Below are positions 59,795 to 64,000 of a DNA stretch of 64,000 bases, in pieces. This DNA is from Acidobacteriota bacterium (GTDB taxonomy: Bacteria; Acidobacteriota; Thermoanaerobaculia; Multivoradales; UBA5704), in assembly GCA_040005235.1 (NCBI GenBank), contig JBDTZG010000009.1, positions 69,330 to 133,329 on the forward strand, read 5' to 3'. Below the pieces are notes generated by a model. The model saw only the letters and a list, made by a program, of their open reading frames with translations. It searched no databases and was not told the DNA's origin. The number at the start of each line of letters is the position of its first letter. Positions within the stretch are counted from its first letter, which is position 1. Made by a program: the position numbers and the translations under genes.

Positions 59795-61774
59795 ATGCCC
59801 GAGACGACCTTCCGCTTCCGCCCCGGCTTCGTACTCGTCCTGCTCGCCCTCGCTTGCGGTTGCGGCACGTCGAGCCATTCCGCTCCCGCCGTGCGCAGGG
59901 CGGCGACCGCTCCCCCGCCGGCCGCCGTGGCCGTGGCGCCGGCTCCGGCTACTTCCGCCGCTCCGGCCTACACGATCGAGCAGTTCCTCGGCACGACGAC
60001 CTACTTCGGCAGCTCGTTTTCGCCCGATGGCTCGAAAATCCTGGTGAGCAGCGACCAGAGCGGCGTCCTCAACGCCTTCGCCGTCCCGGTCGGCGGCGGC
60101 GAGGCCGTCCAGCTCACCCGCTCGCAGGACACCGTGCGCATCGCAAGCTATTTTCCCCACGACGAGCGCTTTTTGTTCCAGGCCGACCAGGGGGGCAACG
60201 AACAGACCCACGTCTACGTCCGCGAGCTCGACGGCTCGATCCGCGATTTGACCCCGGGCGAGAAGGTCAAGGCCGAATTCGGCACCTGGGCCCCAGACGA
60301 CCGTTCGTTTTTCGTCATCACCAACGAGCGCGACCCGAAATTTTTCGACCTCTATGAGATCGCGACCGATGGATATCAGCGCAAGTTGGTCTTCCAAAAC
60401 GAGGGGGGATACGACATCGCGGCGATTTCCCCCGACCGGCACTGGCTCGCTCTGGCCAAGCCGAACACCACCGTGGACAGCGACCTCTACCTCTACGACC
60501 TAACGCGAAAAGAGACGAAACACCTGACGCCGCACGAAGGCGAGGCCTCGCACGATCCGGGTCCGTTCAGCCCGGACGGCGCTTGGTACTACTATCGGAT
60601 GAACGAGGGAAGCGAGTTTCAAAAGCTGATGCGCTACGAGGTCGCGACCGGCCGGAGCGAGAGCGTGCTGGCGGTTGATTGGGACGTGATGGGCGCGACG
60701 TTTTCCAAGGACGGGCACTACCTGGCCGCGTGGATCAACAGCGACGCGCGGACCGAGATCCGCCTGTTCGAGATGCCGGGCATGAAGCCGGTGCAACTGC
60801 CGGAGCTTCCCGACGCCGAGATCGCGACCGTCACGTTCTCCCCCGACTCGAAAAAGCTCGCGTTCTACGCCGATTCCTCGCGCTCCCCCGGGAACCTCTA
60901 CGTCTACGACCTCGCCTCCCGCGAGCTACGGCCGCTCACCCGGGCGCTCAATCCCGCGATCGACCCGACGCACCTGGTCGGCGCCCAAGTGGTGCGCTTC
61001 CGCGCCCGCGACGGCGTGATCATCCCCGGCCTGCTCTACCAGCCGACCGGCGCCTCGCCCAAGCACCCGGCGCCCGCGGTGATCTGGGTCCATGGCGGTC
61101 CCGGCGACCAGTCGCGAGTTGGCTACCGGGCGTTGATCCAATACCTGGTGAACCATGGCTACGCGGTCTATGCGATCAACAACCGCGGCAGCTCGGGCTA
61201 CGGCAAGACCTTCTTCGGATTGGACGACCGCAAGCACGGCGACGCCGACCTCGACGACTGCGTCGACGCGAAAAAGATGCTGGAGGCGACCGGCTGGGTC
61301 GATCCGGCGCGGATCGGCATTCTCGGCGGCAGCTACGGAGGCTACATGGTGCTCGCGGCGCTCGCGTTCCGGCCGCAGGAGTTCGCCGTCGGTGTCGACG
61401 TGTACGGCGTCTCGAACTGGGTGCGCACGCTCGAAAGCATCCCCGCCTGGTGGGAATCGAGTCGCAAGGCGATCTTCAAGGAGATGGGCGATCCGGCCGC
61501 CGATCATGACTATCTGGTGAAGATCTCGCCACTGTTCCACGCCGATCGGATCGAGAAGCCGCTGATCGTGCTGCAAGGCGCCAACGACCCGCGCGTGTTG
61601 AAGGTCGAATCGGACGAGATCGTCGCCGCGGTCAAGAAGAAAGGCGTGCCGGTCGAGTACGTCGTCATTCCCGACGAGGGGCACGGCTTCGCCAAGAAAG
61701 AAAACCAGGCGAAGAGTTATGAAGCGATCCTGCGCTTTCTCGATCTTCACTTGAAAGGCGGCCAGGGCGGCTAG
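59795..61774 (+). CDS. S9 (prolyl oligopeptidase/acylaminoacyl) peptidase, lipoprotein
   Basis: Propeller repeats; HGGP, GGSYGG, NDPRV and EGHGF. Confidence 0.93.
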   Translation: MPETTFRFRPGFVLVLLALACGCGTSSHSAPAVRRAATAPPPAAVAVAPAPATSAAPAYTIEQFLGTTTYFGSSFSPDGSKILVSSDQSGVLNAFAVPVGGGEAVQLTRSQDTVRIASYFPHDERFLFQADQGGNEQTHVYVRELDGSIRDLTPGEKVKAEFGTWAPDDRSFFVITNERDPKFFDLYEIATDGYQRKLVFQNEGGYDIAAISPDRHWLALAKPNTTVDSDLYLYDLTRKETKHLTPHEGEASHDPGPFSPDGAWYYYRMNEGSEFQKLMRYEVATGRSESVLAVDWDVMGATFSKDGHYLAAWINSDARTEIRLFEMPGMKPVQLPELPDAEIATVTFSPDSKKLAFYADSSRSPGNLYVYDLASRELRPLTRALNPAIDPTHLVGAQVVRFRARDGVIIPGLLYQPTGASPKHPAPAVIWVHGGPGDQSRVGYRALIQYLVNHGYAVYAINNRGSSGYGKTFFGLDDRKHGDADLDDCVDAKKMLEATGWVDPARIGILGGSYGGYMVLAALAFRPQEFAVGVDVYGVSNWVRTLESIPAWWESSRKAIFKEMGDPAADHDYLVKISPLFHADRIEKPLIVLQGANDPRVLKVESDEIVAAVKKKGVPVEYVVIPDEGHGFAKKENQAKSYEAILRFLDLHLKGGQGG

Positions 61775-61822
61775 CCGCACCGGAGACGGATGCCGGCCCC
61801 GCCGCCTTTCGCTTCGTCGAAC

Positions 61823-63148
61823 CTAGCCGAAATTGCGCACGCCGATCGCCCCGCGGCTTGGATCGGACGAGGCGCGGAGCGCCAGCTCGAGGAACGGGTG
61901 GGTCGCGAGCGGGTCCATCTGGGCCAGGCGGTGGTGCAGGCGAACCCCCGCCTCGAACTGGGCCCGCAGCAGGTTGCAGCGCGGCTCCTTCGGCTCGGAC
62001 GCCGCGGAGAACGTGGGCAGCAGCCGGCTCTCCGGGCAGAGGTAGCGCGCCCAGCACCCCTCGCACGGCATCGCCGCGCCCGGCTCCCCCCCCAACTCGC
62101 CGAATTCGTCGACGCTCGCCCAGAGCTTGGCGACGGCGGGCGGCTTCATGTCGCGCAAACCGAAGCTCGAATCGACGTCGCCGATCCACTGCGGCCGGCG
62201 GGACGGCTCGCGCTCGAAATCGAACATCGGCTCGCGCTGGAGCAGGCGCCCGACCAGCCGGGTGAGCGGCTGGAAGTCGATCGGCGCCTGGTGCGCCTGG
62301 AGCGAAGCGCAGATGTCGTCGGCGATGTGCTGGAGGTCGGACTCCAGATCGCGCAGCTCGCCGCCGATCCGCGGCTCGGTGCCGGGCGCCCAGGCGACGT
62401 CCAGATGGCAAATGCCTGACGACTCGGCGAGGCGCCAGACCTCTCGCAGCCGGGCGCCGCGGGCCAGGTCGACCCCCAAGGTCAGCCGGTCGCCGAACCG
62501 GGCGGCGAGCGCCGCCAGATCCGGCACCTCAGGAACCTCCATCGGCGCGCGATCGGCGGCCGACAGGAGCGAGCCGGCGAGAACGCGCACCGGGAACGAC
62601 TCGCCGGCCAGATAGCGGGCCGTCGCCTCGTCGAGCTCCGGCAAAGCGAGCGTGATCTCGAACGCGATCGCCCGGCGACTCTCCGCCGCTAGCCTTCGGG
62701 CCTCGATGACGATCCGCTTCAGCGCTTCGACGCCCGGGAAGCCCAGCGACCAATGGCAGCGGATCCGTACCGGCAGGCGCTCGGCGCCGGGACGGAAGAT
62801 CCCCTCCAGAAGGTCGATGGCCTCGATCTCCGTCGGACGGTCGAGTACCCATTCGCGATCCGGCAGGCTGCCGGTCCAGCTGCCCGACAGGCCAAAGGCC
62901 TCGTCAGCCCCTTCGGAGAAGCGTTCCGAGGTCAGCAGATCCTCGCGCACCAGCCAGCTGAGCATCTCGTCGGTCGGTTCGGTCCGGTCGAGGGCGAGCG
63001 CCACATAGGCCTGCAGATCGACCGGCACCTCGATCACCATGCCCCGCTCCAGGTCGTAGATCAGATCGCTAGAGCCGTCGTCGGCATCCAACGCGTGGAT
63101 GTTGCGAAGCCGCAAGGCCCCCGGCATCGGAATCTGGGCAGTATTCAT
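61823..63148 (-). CDS. Degenerate radical SAM/SPASM homolog lacking CxxxCxxC
   Basis: C-terminal CEGCWARYLC...C; barrel segments align by eye with peptide-modifying radical SAM enzymes; GAGGGAGG RBS. Confidence 0.65.
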   Translation of the reverse strand: MNTAQIPMPGALRLRNIHALDADDGSSDLIYDLERGMVIEVPVDLQAYVALALDRTEPTDEMLSWLVREDLLTSERFSEGADEAFGLSGSWTGSLPDREWVLDRPTEIEAIDLLEGIFRPGAERLPVRIRCHWSLGFPGVEALKRIVIEARRLAAESRRAIAFEITLALPELDEATARYLAGESFPVRVLAGSLLSAADRAPMEVPEVPDLAALAARFGDRLTLGVDLARGARLREVWRLAESSGICHLDVAWAPGTEPRIGGELRDLESDLQHIADDICASLQAHQAPIDFQPLTRLVGRLLQREPMFDFEREPSRRPQWIGDVDSSFGLRDMKPPAVAKLWASVDEFGELGGEPGAAMPCEGCWARYLCPESRLLPTFSAASEPKEPRCNLLRAQFEAGVRLHHRLAQMDPLATHPFLELALRASSDPSRGAIGVRNFG

Positions 63149-63324
63149 GGCGCCTCCCTCAAGTAGATTTCGCAGATCCTTCTCGAAGCTATCTCTCTCA
63201 ATCTACGACGAAAAGTAGACTCTACAAGGGATGTTGCCGCACCCCCTCCTCCAATGGACAACTTTCCTCGAAGAAGGTGGTATTGAGGCGGCGCCAGGGC
63301 AAAACGGGGGGAGGAAGCGGACCG

Positions 63325-63357
63325 GACGGGCGGACGCCTCCAAGGCGCCCGCCCGTT
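63325..63357 (-). terminator. Hairpin downstream of the second S9 peptidase
   Basis: ACGGGCGGACGCCT-CCA-AGGCGCCCGCCCGT on the + strand. Confidence 0.5.
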
Positions 63358-63377
63358 CTGGGGGGAGCAATCGAAGT

Positions 63378-64000
63378 TCAGTTCGCCTTCAACCAGCGAT
63401 CGAGCCAGCCGAGAACGGTCTCGTGCCACAGCAGGCTGTTGGCGGTATGAAGTACCCAATGGCTCTCGTCCGGCAGGTAAAGGAAGCGGCTGGGAATACC
63501 CCGTCGCTGCAGCGCCGTGAAGGTCGCGATCCCCTGCCCATCTGGTACGCGAAAATCGAGGCCGCCATGGGCCACCAACATTGGAGTCTTCCAATTTGCG
63601 ACATAGTTGACCGGGTTCCACTTCTCGTGCGCTTCCGGATGCTCGTAGTACGGCCCCCCCTGCTCCCACTCGGGAAACCAGAGCTCTTCGGTCGTGTAGT
63701 ACATCGACCGCTGATCGAACAACCCGTCGTGGTTGACCAGGCACTTGAACCCGTCGGGCCAACGGCCGGCGATCCAGTTGATCATGTAACCGCCGTACGA
63801 GGCGCCGAGCGCGCAGGCCCGTTCGCCGTCGAGCCAGGGGTATTTCTGGAGCGCCGCGGCCAGCCCCTTCTGGAGGTCTTCGAGCGGTCCGCCCCCCCAG
63901 TCCTTCGAGATCGCGTCGGTGAACGCCTGGCCGTAGCCGGTCGAGCCGTGGAAGTCGATCATCACGGTCGCGTAGCCCGCCCCGGCGTAGACCTGGGGGT
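63378..64000 (-). CDS. S9C peptidase, C-terminal part (5' end outside the window)
   Basis: GSTGYGQ, GASYGG, DFRV and DESHW; frame open to the window edge. Confidence 0.93.
   Translation of the reverse strand, partial: PQVYAGAGYATVMIDFHGSTGYGQAFTDAISKDWGGGPLEDLQKGLAAALQKYPWLDGERACALGASYGGYMINWIAGRWPDGFKCLVNHDGLFDQRSMYYTTEELWFPEWEQGGPYYEHPEAHEKWNPVNYVANWKTPMLVAHGGLDFRVPDGQGIATFTALQRRGIPSRFLYLPDESHWVLHTANSLLWHETVLGWLDRWLKAN

Noticed and set aside
63150-63320. RiPP precursor upstream of the pseudo-radical SAM gene
   Set aside because: Only a 6-codon GTG ORF follows the GGAGG-like sequence; no credible precursor.

Overview
High-GC bacterial chromosomal window. The gene content (ELWxxDGT propellers, an IPTL-CTERM protein, tol-pal, rpsT) suggests Acidobacteriota, class Thermoanaerobaculia; this taxonomy is inference only. 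Positions 3.6-20.3 kb hold a complete group 2a (Huc-type) [NiFe]-hydrogenase cluster: hucM-like, hypA, hypB, GAF-GAF kinase, NarL-type regulator, hucS, hucL, protease, accessory genes, hypC, hypD, hypE, with hypF divergent. The HucM-like protein carries an internal 94-aa tandem duplication, and a DosS/DosR-architecture two-component system sits inside the cluster. Next come two ELWxxDGT surface proteins (one frameshifted), a lower-GC defence/toxin-antitoxin islet, an ABC1 kinase, metK-ahcY and an ice-binding (DUF3494) protein. Two divergent genes follow whose ATG codons overlap, then a DUF3857-transglutaminase-TPR protein, a CASTOR/POLLUX-like channel, a non-coding 20-bp-period array of palindromes, etfBA, tol-pal, rpsT, an AttEFGH-like ABC system, two S9 peptidases and a catalytically dead radical SAM/SPASM homolog. 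No rRNA, tRNA, CRISPR array, integrase or transposase was recognised. All family calls come from motif recognition by eye, not from database searches.
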